Origin: Antedon mediterranea
Taxonomy: Eukaryota > Animalia > Echinodermata
Assembly: GCF_964355755.1 (NCBI RefSeq)
Contig: NC_092674.1
Span: 5,952,001 to 6,016,000, forward strand
Length of the DNA stretch: 64,000 nt
Reading direction: 5' to 3'
Positions 33,660 to 43,100 of this stretch are shown here, piece after piece. Positions within the stretch are counted from its first letter, which is position 1. Each line of letters opens with the position of its first letter. A program made the position numbers and the translations under genes. A model generated the notes under the pieces. The model was not told the DNA's origin. It worked only from the letters and a program-made list of their open reading frames with translations, and ran no database searches.

Positions 33660-33948
33660 CAGACGTACAAATAATCTTTCTATACTGATTGCTTTATTGT
33701 AGTCAACTAGGCAAGTTTTAAATAATGAAAGCTTTTTATGATTTTACACAGGGTGTGCCAAGTTTTCACTTTCTCATCTATAATAACATTTGCAGGTGCA
33801 TTCAATTGATAACAATCAATCCAATAAGGTTTTGTTTTCGTTCACAACAATGTATTATAACAAAGTTGAACTGCAAATGTTTATCTTATTATTTATCTGA
33901 CTCCATCCATGACGAAATAGTTTCCTGAAAAATGGCTCGCTTGTCATG

Positions 33949-34169
33949 CCATTCATTCATCCATCCACCCATCAAATCATTCATTCCTTCATCAATCCAT
34001 CCATCCATCAATCAACCAGTCAATCCTTTCATTCATTCATTCATTCATTCATCAATCAATCAATTAATTCATCAATCAATTCATCCATCCATCCATTCAT
34101 TCATTCATTCATTCATTCATTCATCCATCCATCCATCCATCCATCCATCCATCAATCAATCCATTCATC
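33949..34169. repeat. Compound tetranucleotide microsatellite (CATT/CATC/CAAT)n
   Basis: Visible ATTC/ATCC/ATCA runs. Confidence 0.9.
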
Positions 34170-34896
34170 ATTAGGCCTTTATTCGTATATTATATCATTA
34201 TTCATCGTCCTTTTTTTACTCTACTTTCAAATAATCATGTTAACTTTTCCGTTACACATCAACAGTTTTTAAACTATTTAATCGTTTCTTAAAGATGTAT
34301 TGTCTCCCTGAAAAAAATATTTTTTTTACATTTTTTGTTGTTGAATATGCTATTTTAATTAACACATAATAGTTATCCACTTTGAACAAAAATTAAATCG
34401 AAAAAAAAAATATATTTACCTGAAAAAAAAACTGCAATTTAAAGCAAAAGTAGTCAAATTGGCTGCCAGCAATGGGTTTTTGATTCAATTTGACCATTTA
34501 TTTTGTCATTTTATATAAGAAAACATTCTTTTTTTTTATGAATGGGATTAACTTGATTAAAACTACAAAATAACCTATTCAAAGTCTGATTTAATTAATC
34601 TTCATTTTTCATGTTTTTGGGAGGCAATACATCTTTAAGTCTAATGTACTATATTGAAACAAGACCAAACAAAATCTCGTGTGAAACACAACGGGAATGG
34701 AAGGCGGCTTACACAGGAACTGACGTGGATATCGTTGTTCCTGCCAGATTGCGATATCAAACACCTACTTATTACCAACCAAATTGCAAAATGTGCTTTA
34801 CCAATTAATTAGTTAATTTCGTTAATTATTCAATTTTAACCGCCAATAAGTTACCTTAATTTGTTTAAAAGGTAACCAGTTTGTTCTCAATTATAC

Positions 34897-34935
34897 CAGG
34901 GAGTTGTAAAATAATAATTATTTTACAACTCCCTG
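34897..34935. repeat. Perfect 39-bp palindrome (19-bp arms)
   Basis: CAGGGAGTTGTAAAATAAT-A-ATTATTTTACAACTCCCTG. Confidence 0.85.
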
Positions 34936-35216
34936 ATTATACGTCCATATGTTGTATTATCCATTAGTTACTAATTAAAGATATTAGATCTAAAATCAAA
35001 CAAAAGTGATTGCTTTCAAACCTTATAACAGGAAAATGTCTTTAAAATTAAATACACAAAATGAAATTAAATATCAAAAACTAATATAATAATGAGGCAT
35101 ATCAAAACTTACAACGTAAAAAAAATATTAGTACTGTAATAATATATTAATCAGTAGGCCTATAATTTAATGACAATAAATGAGTAATAACTTTGGGAAT
35201 CGAAAACAATCTATCT

Positions 35217-35288
35217 GACTCCGTGGCGCAACGGTAGCGCGTCTGACTCCAGATCAGAAGGTTGCGTGTTCAAATCACGTCGGGGTCA
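35217..35288 (+). tRNA. trnW-CCA: tRNA-Trp(CCA) copy 1
   Basis: 72-nt GACTCCGTGGCGCAACGG...CT-CCA-GA...GTTCAAATC...GGGGTCA cloverleaf with a downstream T run. Confidence 0.95.
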
Positions 35289-35562
35289 ATCAGATTTTTT
35301 ATTACATTTCAACGGAGTCAGTTCGGGTTTTAATTTTTTTCTTTTTTATGTTTTCAAATCGAAGACAATACATTTAAAATGTGTATAACTAGTATGTCAA
35401 GTAGTCCATACCCACCACTTAATTTAATAATAATAGATGAATGTGAACAAATAACAAATGTTTTTTTCTTTTTCATATAGACTATTTGTACTGTATCAAT
35501 AAATTAACTTATAGGCCTATGAATGATAGTAATTCATTTAGAAAATTCAAACAATCACATCT

Positions 35563-35634
35563 GACTCCGTGGCGCAACGGTAGCGCGTCTGACTCCAGAT
35601 CAGAAGGTTGCGTGTTCAAATCACGTCGGGGTCA
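35563..35634 (+). tRNA. trnW-CCA: tRNA-Trp(CCA) copy 2
   Basis: Identical to the consensus. Confidence 0.95.
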
Positions 35635-35838
35635 GTCAGATTATTTATAAATTGCAACTGGAAGTCAGTTCGGGTTTAACATTTTTTATTTTTTTTTTAA
35701 ATCGAAGACAATACATTTAAAATGTGTATAACTAAAGAATGTAGAGTAGTCCAACCCAACTTAATAATAATAATAAATAAATGAATGCGAACAAATAAAA
35801 AATGCAGATACCGGAAAACAAGTTAAACACCTGTATCT

Positions 35839-35910
35839 GACTCCGTGGCGCAACGGTAGCGCGTCTGACTCCAGATCAGAAGGTTGCGTGTTAAAATCAC
35901 GTCGGGGTCA
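35839..35910 (+). tRNA. trnW-CCA: tRNA-Trp(CCA) copy 3, C56>A (likely impaired)
   Basis: T-loop/B box reads GTTAAAATC. Confidence 0.75.
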
Positions 35911-36105
35911 GTTAACTTTTTCTCATCTCTCACATCATAAATGATGTTTAATTTAAATTACGATTCATATTCAAGTTTTTGTTTTGTTTTAATAATTAGC
36001 TATAATAGTTATACTCTGTTTATCAAATGTCAATAAAAAATATGTATATTTTATATGTATATTTTATGTATATAGGCCTAGTTACTGTTGCACGTTAAAC
36101 TATCT

Positions 36106-36177
36106 GACTCCGTGGCGCAATGGTAGCGCGTCTGACTCCAGATCAGAAGGTTGCGTGTTCAAATCACGTCGGGGTCA
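36106..36177 (+). tRNA. trnW-CCA: tRNA-Trp(CCA) copy 4
   Basis: Only change is C16>T in the D loop. Confidence 0.93.
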
Positions 36178-36824
36178 GTCAGTTTGTTTTATATTTTCCC
36201 ACAGAATACACTCATTCTAGATTTTTAAAATAGTAAATAATAAATTCAAAACCATTTTTAACTATAGGTAACATTAATCCAACACCCATCCTCTCTTCCT
36301 CACTAACGTGAATTTAATTAATTATACTTTGCTAAATAAAACAATAACCATTGTTTTCAGAGGTAGGCCTATTGTTGTTACGGGGCGAATATTGAATAAC
36401 AAAAAATTAAGAGGGCAATTCGCCATTCTGTCATGCTGACGGTTTAGTATAGTTCCCTCAACTTTTCTAACACAATAGGCCTAATAATAATTGTTTAGAA
36501 ACACTAATTCTTAAATCAACCTATCTAGGCAAACCAAAAGTGGATAGGCCTATTTCACCTTTATCAATATCGCTGTCAGAATCTACATAATATATTTGCT
36601 GATGTTTTTTTTTTATGACACCTTAAATTCAATGATTTCAGTTGCCAAGTTAGATCTATTTAATTGATTTATTTAAGGCTTAGACACCCGAATTGATTCA
36701 CAAACAACATCAGAACAGGGAGGAATAACCAATTGTATACATCCCTGATCAGAAAGACCAAGAGGTAGTTTCCTAAAATGTCAACGGAAATCCACGTTAC
36801 AAACATACAACCATTTGTGTATCT

Positions 36825-36896
36825 GACTCCGTGGCGCAACGGTAGCGCGTCTGACTCCAGATCAGAAGGTTGCGTGTTCAAATCACGTCGGGGTCA
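36825..36896 (+). tRNA. trnW-CCA: tRNA-Trp(CCA) copy 5
   Basis: Identical to the consensus. Confidence 0.95.
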
Positions 36897-37324
36897 GTAA
36901 GATTTTTTATAACATTACACATGATATTAGGAATATTATCATTTACTTAAGTTCACATTCATTTTTTTAATTTAAATTTTTTTTATTTTTTATTCTTTGT
37001 TTTATTTTTTTACTTTTTTTTTTACAAATTAAACTATCCAGTTGGATTCATTTTGATTGGCCAACTTATATATAAGTTAAATTTTGAATAGACACAATCC
37101 GGTTGTGCTAATATTGAGATGATATAAAACTTATTCTAAATTATCGTTTTATTTCTAATAACCCTCTTTTTTCAGAATTCATATTCGGTCACAATTTCAA
37201 TTAATAATTCATTAGGAAATCCGATATACTACATAAATAATCGAACTTTTCACATTTTGAAATTGGAGAATAATTCGTAAGTCCAAATTTGTCGCGATCA
37301 AAAAATGTTAATTTACCTATATCT

Positions 37325-37396
37325 GATTCCGTGGCGCAACGGTGGCGCGTCTGACTCCAGATCAGAAGGTTGCGTGTTCAAATCACGTCGGGGTCA
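37325..37396 (+). tRNA. trnW-CCA: tRNA-Trp(CCA) copy 6, variant
   Basis: C3>T and A21>G. Confidence 0.8.
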
Positions 37397-37478
37397 GTAA
37401 CTTAAATTGTGAAAATAATAACGTTCGTATTACTAATTTTACTACCAAGGCATTTTAAATACTTCTCCTACTTCATCT

Positions 37479-37550
37479 GACTCCGTGGCGCAACGGTACC
37501 GCGTCTGACTCCAGATGAGAAGGTTGCGTGTTCAAATCACGTCGGGGTCA
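37479..37550 (+). tRNA. trnW-CCA: tRNA-Trp(CCA) copy 7, likely impaired
   Basis: G22>C and C40>G break D-stem and anticodon-stem pairs. Confidence 0.7.
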
Positions 37551-37632
37551 GTAACCTAAATTTTGAAAATAATAACGTTCATATTACTAATTTTACAACC
37601 AAGGCATTTTAAATACTTCTCCTACTTCATCT

Positions 37633-37704
37633 GACTCCGTGGCGCAACGGTAGCGCGTCTGACTCCAGATCAGAAGGTTGCGTGTTCAAATCACGTCGGG
37701 GTCA
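37633..37704 (+). tRNA. trnW-CCA: tRNA-Trp(CCA) copy 8
   Basis: Consensus sequence. Confidence 0.93.
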
Positions 37705-37786
37705 GTAACTTAAATTTTGAAAATAATAACGTTCATATTACTAATTTTACAACCAATGCATTTTAAATACTTCTCCTACTTCATCT

Positions 37787-37858
37787 GACTCCGTGGCGCA
37801 ACGGTAGCGCGTCTGACTCCAGATCAGAAGGTTGCGTGTTCAAATCACGTCGGGGTCA
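37787..37858 (+). tRNA. trnW-CCA: tRNA-Trp(CCA) copy 9
   Basis: Consensus sequence. Confidence 0.93.
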
Positions 37859-37940
37859 GTAACTTAAATTTTGAAAATAATAACGTTCATATTACTAATT
37901 TTACAACCAATGCATTTTAAATACTTCTCCTACTTCATCT

Positions 37941-38012
37941 GACTCCGTGGCGCAACGGTAGCGCGTCTGACTCCAGATCAGAAGGTTGCGTGTTCAAATC
38001 ACGTCGGGGTCA
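37941..38012 (+). tRNA. trnW-CCA: tRNA-Trp(CCA) copy 10
   Basis: Consensus sequence. Confidence 0.93.
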
Positions 38013-38094
38013 GTAACTTAAATTTTGAAAATAATAACGTTCATATTACTAATTTTACAACCAAGGCATTTTAAATACTTCTCCTACTTCATCT

Positions 38095-38166
38095 GACTCC
38101 GTGGCGCAACGGTAGCGCGTCTGACTCCAGATCAGAAGGTTGCGTGTTCAAATCACGTCGGGGTCA
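38095..38166 (+). tRNA. trnW-CCA: tRNA-Trp(CCA) copy 11
   Basis: Consensus sequence. Confidence 0.93.
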
Positions 38167-38248
38167 GTAACTTAAATTTTGAAAATAATAACGTTCATAT
38201 TACTAATTTTACAACCAAGGCATTTTAAATACTTCTCCTACTTCATCT

Positions 38249-38320
38249 GACTCTGTGGCGCAACGGTAGCGCGTCTGACTCCAGATGAGAAGGTTGCGTG
38301 TTCAAATCACGTCGGGGTCA
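38249..38320 (+). tRNA. trnW-CCA: tRNA-Trp(CCA) copy 12, variant
   Basis: C6>T and C40>G (anticodon-stem mismatch). Confidence 0.72.
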
Positions 38321-38402
38321 GTAACCTAAATTTTGAAAATAATAACGTTCATATTACTAATTTTACAACCAAGGCATTTTAAATACTTCTCCTACTTCAT
38401 CT

Positions 38403-38474
38403 GACTCCGTGGCGCAACGGTAGCGCGTCTGACTCCAGATCAGAAGGTTGCGTGTTCAAATCACGTCGGGGTCA
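38403..38474 (+). tRNA. trnW-CCA: tRNA-Trp(CCA) copy 13
   Basis: Consensus sequence. Confidence 0.93.
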
Positions 38475-38556
38475 GTAACTTAAATTTTGAAAATAATAAC
38501 GTTCATATTACTAATTTTACAACCAATGCATTTTAAATACTTCTCCTACTTCATCT

Positions 38557-38628
38557 GACTCCGTGGCGCAACGGTAGCGCGTCTGACTCCAGATCAGAAG
38601 GTTGCGTGTTCAAATCACGTTGGGGTCA
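38557..38628 (+). tRNA. trnW-CCA: tRNA-Trp(CCA) copy 14
   Basis: C66>T (G7-U66 wobble). Confidence 0.87.
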
Positions 38629-38710
38629 GTAACTTGAATTTTGAAAATAATAACGTTCATATTACTAATTTTACAACCAAGGCATTTTAAATACTTCTCC
38701 TACTTCATCT

Positions 38711-38782
38711 GACTCCGTGGCGCAACGGTAGCGCGTCTGACTCCAGATCAGAAGGTTGCGTGTTCAAATCACGTCGGGGTCA
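38711..38782 (+). tRNA. trnW-CCA: tRNA-Trp(CCA) copy 15
   Basis: Consensus sequence. Confidence 0.93.
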
Positions 38783-38864
38783 GTAACTTAAATTTTGAAA
38801 ATAATAACGTTCATATTACTAATTTTACAACCAATGCATTTTAAATACTTCTCCTACTTCATCT

Positions 38865-38936
38865 GACTCCGTGGCGCAACGGTAGCGCGTCTGACTCCAG
38901 ATCAGAAGGTTGCGTGTTCAAATCACGTTGGGGTCA
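38865..38936 (+). tRNA. trnW-CCA: tRNA-Trp(CCA) copy 16
   Basis: C66>T (G7-U66 wobble). Confidence 0.87.
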
Positions 38937-39018
38937 GTAACTTAAATTTTGAAAATAATAACGTTCATATTACTAATTTTACAACCAAGGCATTTTAAAT
39001 ACTTCTCCTACTTCATCT

Positions 39019-39090
39019 GACTCCGTGGCGCAACGGTAGCGCGTCTGACTCCAGATCAGAAGGTTGCGTGTTCAAATCACGTCGGGGTCA
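39019..39090 (+). tRNA. trnW-CCA: tRNA-Trp(CCA) copy 17
   Basis: Consensus sequence. Confidence 0.93.
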
Positions 39091-39172
39091 GTAACTTAAA
39101 TTTTGAAAATAATAACGTTCATATTACTAATTTTACAACCAAGGCACTTTAAATACTTCTCCTACTTCATCT

Positions 39173-39244
39173 GACTCCGTGGCGCAACGGTAGCGCGTCT
39201 GACTCCAGATCAGAAGGTTGCGTGTTCAAATCACGTCGGGGTCA
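39173..39244 (+). tRNA. trnW-CCA: tRNA-Trp(CCA) copy 18
   Basis: Consensus sequence. Confidence 0.93.
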
Positions 39245-39326
39245 GTAACTTAAATTTTGAAAATAATAACGTTCATATTACTAATTTTACTACCAAGGCA
39301 TTTTAAATACGTCTCCTACTTCATCT

Positions 39327-39398
39327 GACTCCGTGGCGCAACGGTAGCGCGTCTGACTCCAGATCAGAAGGTTGCGTGTTTAAATCACGTCGGGGTCA
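39327..39398 (+). tRNA. trnW-CCA: tRNA-Trp(CCA) copy 19, C56>T (likely impaired)
   Basis: T-loop/B box reads GTTTAAATC. Confidence 0.75.
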
Positions 39399-40103
39399 GT
39401 GACATTTATTTTTTTCATTTTAAAATTATATACAGCTGGCATCAGGGGGTAAAAAGAGGAAATTTATTTATTTTATTTTTTTTTTTTGCCATAGGGCTAT
39501 CAATGCCTAGCCAAATTGTAAATACATATTATTTAATATTATCGAATGTATGTAACTGTATCTTTTATCATCTATCAATGTAGAGTACCGGAATACCCTA
39601 CAGTACACGCAGTAAACGCTACAGTGGGCATAATACTAGTAATAGGCAAAGCTTCTCTACCAGCAAATAAGACACCGGAGAATACCTGCAAAATACCCGG
39701 ATGTAGATTTATTTTTCTCGTTTATGCGCATGCCTGGTATGACTACAGCTTATTCAATTGATCACCTTTTGAATACAATCATCACAAGCTCTTTAGAAAA
39801 CCATTGTAGCGTTGAAAACAATTGTGTTGTGTAAGCTCGAGTACAATTGATGTAAAAAGAACGACAACCGTCAGTACCTCAGCCTAACGTTCTCGTTTAA
39901 ATTTGCTCACAAAAGCGAGAAAAACGTGAAGTAATTGAATATAACGGTGTGGTATGCTTAGGATCACCTTTTAACGGATTCCATTATTATTTATTTTCAA
40001 GATAAGAAGTAATGCTAGTGCCTGGAATTATTTGATTATTATTTTATAGGAACCTGTTACATATTTCATCGACGACGGTGTTTGTAATTATAAAAGTGGA
40101 AAG

Positions 40104-43100
40104 ATGCCGCGATCTATATCAGGAGATTCGGTAGCCTCAACTGTATTTTACCTACAAGATGAATACGGCGGTAAGTATGGTTTTAGAACCGGAAATGACT
40201 CGGGTTATCCTTATTGCATGGAGCATCCATGGTTATTGTAAACAATACGATAACACATAATGTACTTTTAAGAAGTACACACATTATTATATAGCATGCC
40301 TCTACTACAGTAGACGATGCATATACTGTAGTGTAAGATTTGGTTAATATTAAATTTATATCAATTATTTTATGTAGTTTAAAAAGGTCGGACCCACTAG
40401 TCCATATTGATATCCGTGACTTATCAATGTTAAATCTATTCTTATTTGGAAGAAAAAACAACTCATTATCCGAGGCGTGTCTTTTTACGAATGTCTTAAC
40501 ACAACTCAAGGGCGTACCAATAGTTGTTATAAGTAGTACAAGCTTGGTTAATCGTTAAGGGCAATATTTACTTATAAAAGCATTACAGTATCGTTGGAAG
40601 TACTGTACAATATATTACGAACTCTCTACAATACTAGGCCTAGACGCCTACTCTCTTAAAATTAACAGAGCCAATTTGACCTCCTCCTCGTACGTAGTCA
40701 TATACAATTTCTTATATACTTCAAGCTAGGCAAACGCTAACTAGCAGATGGCTTGAAGGCAATTATTACTGACATGAGTAACTAGACTCCCTGGTATGGT
40801 TTATAACCCCTTTAACATTATACATGGCGGAGTTGTTTTCTTTCCAGTCGTGTCCACATGGGGTGGTAAAAAAGAATTTGCAACGGTTGAATTTTGAACC
40901 ATTGTTGGGTTTAAAGATATGCCTAGGCCTATCATGTGAAGCATCAGATTTAAGATATGCCTAGGCATGTGAAGCATCAGATTTAAATTCGATTTTAAAT
41001 ATGTTTTACTGTAGGTCTTTTCAATATATATAATTAACAGTAACTTATTTATTATCTTAATTACAAATACAGTACACTACACGATCAATTCCATGGGTTA
41101 AAAAGGTACGATCAGTAAGACATACATTCACTACAAGAGATGAATTGCAAATAATGGTAAAATTATTATTAATCATTTATATACAATAAAGGAAGAAGTA
41201 GATGTTCTTCTATGTCTAAAAAACTATACTGTGATAAAACTGTATGAATATTGTTATAATACATATATTCTTACAGTACAGGAAATTGCAGTGGTGAAGT
41301 GCTTTACAAACTGGGACGCAATATTTGTAAATAACAATAAATAAAAATCGGAATAAAAAGTGAAATTACAGTAATAATAGTAAAACAACTATCTTGATTA
41401 ACTAACTAAATAATATTTTAATATTTCTTCCTGTTAATATAATCATTAATGTAAATTTACTGTACAAACAAAGCCATGGAACTTAATTCAGCTTACAATA
41501 AGTAAATCCTTGAGGAATTAGTTTTTACGGCATTGTTGACTCACAATAAATAATAATATTGCACTTTTTTTTTTTACCACGATCATCAAATAATGTGGGC
41601 ACAAGTAATAATAGAAATATGTAACCTTGTTCTATAGTATACAGTGTTGTGTATCGTATTGTACTTTCGTTGAACTTTCACGTGTTAATATTAATTATTA
41701 TTATTATGTACTTTATACAGTTCATTACATTCACGGTCAATGTATATGTATTTCAGAATAAATTTGTTATGCGCAATGGGAGGGGGATTTGTCCCACATT
41801 ATGCGTTTACATTAACTCACAGAAAATCGAACCAATGCTGTTCTTTCCACCAATTCTGATATTGGGTGTTTCCACGCGTTAGGTGTGACCGGGTTGCCGT
41901 TGGTAGGCCTACGGTTACTATACATGGAGGAGGTAAACCTACTACATAGTACTCCTCGCTTATCCCATTTAATACGAACATTAAACGGGCCCTATGTTAC
42001 AGCCACGTTCTAAGTACAGTATTTTCTGAGTTGGTGTGCAAATTAGCATAGAGTATGCTGGGCGTGTATCTAGACCACTATTGTCGACTTATTTTAAGCT
42101 CGTCTAACGACAGTGACAGAACGCAAATAAACCTTGACTCGTGACATGTGACTCGTGGGTAATAAAAATAACATCGGGTGTGAAACTGACCAACTGTTCC
42201 TTAAATCACGACACTTGATGTGTTTATTTTCCTTAAATTCACTCGCGCTTCGTGGTCATTAATTATTTCTCTTATGGGAATAACCAGCGTAATGATATCC
42301 CTCATTAACATCGTCCGTTGATCAGTTTTTGATAGGTGAAGAAGTGGCTTTCACGCGTTAATGATAGTTCGTTCTTTTCCCTGGGATCATCTTATGTTTG
42401 TACCAATTTTAATTGTTAGAGTTGACAGACAGACACAAACATTTCATATTAATTAATAAAGTTGTTTCGGTTTTAACACGAGCCTCCCGTAAATCCAATC
42501 AAGCTAGGCCTGACCCTTTAGCAATTTGGTCTCTAGTAGTTTAATTAAAACCTCGTAACTCAGTTTATCAGGCCATATTGAGAAATGGGCATAACAGGTA
42601 CTTTTCGGGAGGATGTACTATATGAGATGATCGAATATGTTAATAAACTCAACTCTTGTTTCCATTGTATAATGACTCATTATTGTATTTATCTACTACT
42701 TAGAAATAAGTGTTATTATTATTTTGTACAAATTAGGTTTTGTTATCTCATACTTATTAAATTGAATTGCCTCTCAAGTTAAAGTGAGCTTAATTATTCT
42801 TTACATATTTGGCTAAGTCTGACGTTTCATGCTAAAATAGCATTGAAACAATAACACTAAAAACGTATAGTACCTCCGTAGTAATACTGTACAGTAATTC
42901 GTGGTAATACTGTATTGTGAATGGAATAGACGTTCAAGCTAAAATAGCATTGAAACAATAACACTAAAAACGTATAGTACCTCCGTAGTAATACTGTACA
43001 GTAATTCGTGGTAATACTGTATTGTGAATGGAATAGACGTTCAAGCTAAAATAGCATTGAAACAATAACACTAAAAACGTATAGTACCTCCGTAGTAATA

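Larger units (their letters stand above)
37321..39400 (+). repeat. 154-bp tandem array of 14 tRNA-Trp units
   Basis: tRNA starts fall at exact 154-bp steps from 37325 to 39327, separated by a near-identical 82-bp spacer. Confidence 0.95.

Noticed and set aside
4091-33702. Recurrent + strand ORFs overlapping the OTOP genes
   Set aside because: They are antisense shadows repeated because the parent genes are paralogous, and their starts and stops are not conserved.
33932-34272. His/Ser/Ile-rich ORFs
   Set aside because: They are translations of the tetranucleotide microsatellite.
36669-36881. 70-aa minus-strand ORF
   Set aside because: It is antisense to tRNA copy 5 and has no coding features.
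37321-39400. CRISPR-like repeat-spacer array
   Set aside because: The spacers are near-identical, the repeat is a complete tRNA-Trp, there are no cas genes and the context is eukaryotic.
40183-40558. Overlapping 108-aa and 72-aa ORFs in M6 intron 1
   Set aside because: No recognisable homology or splice support.
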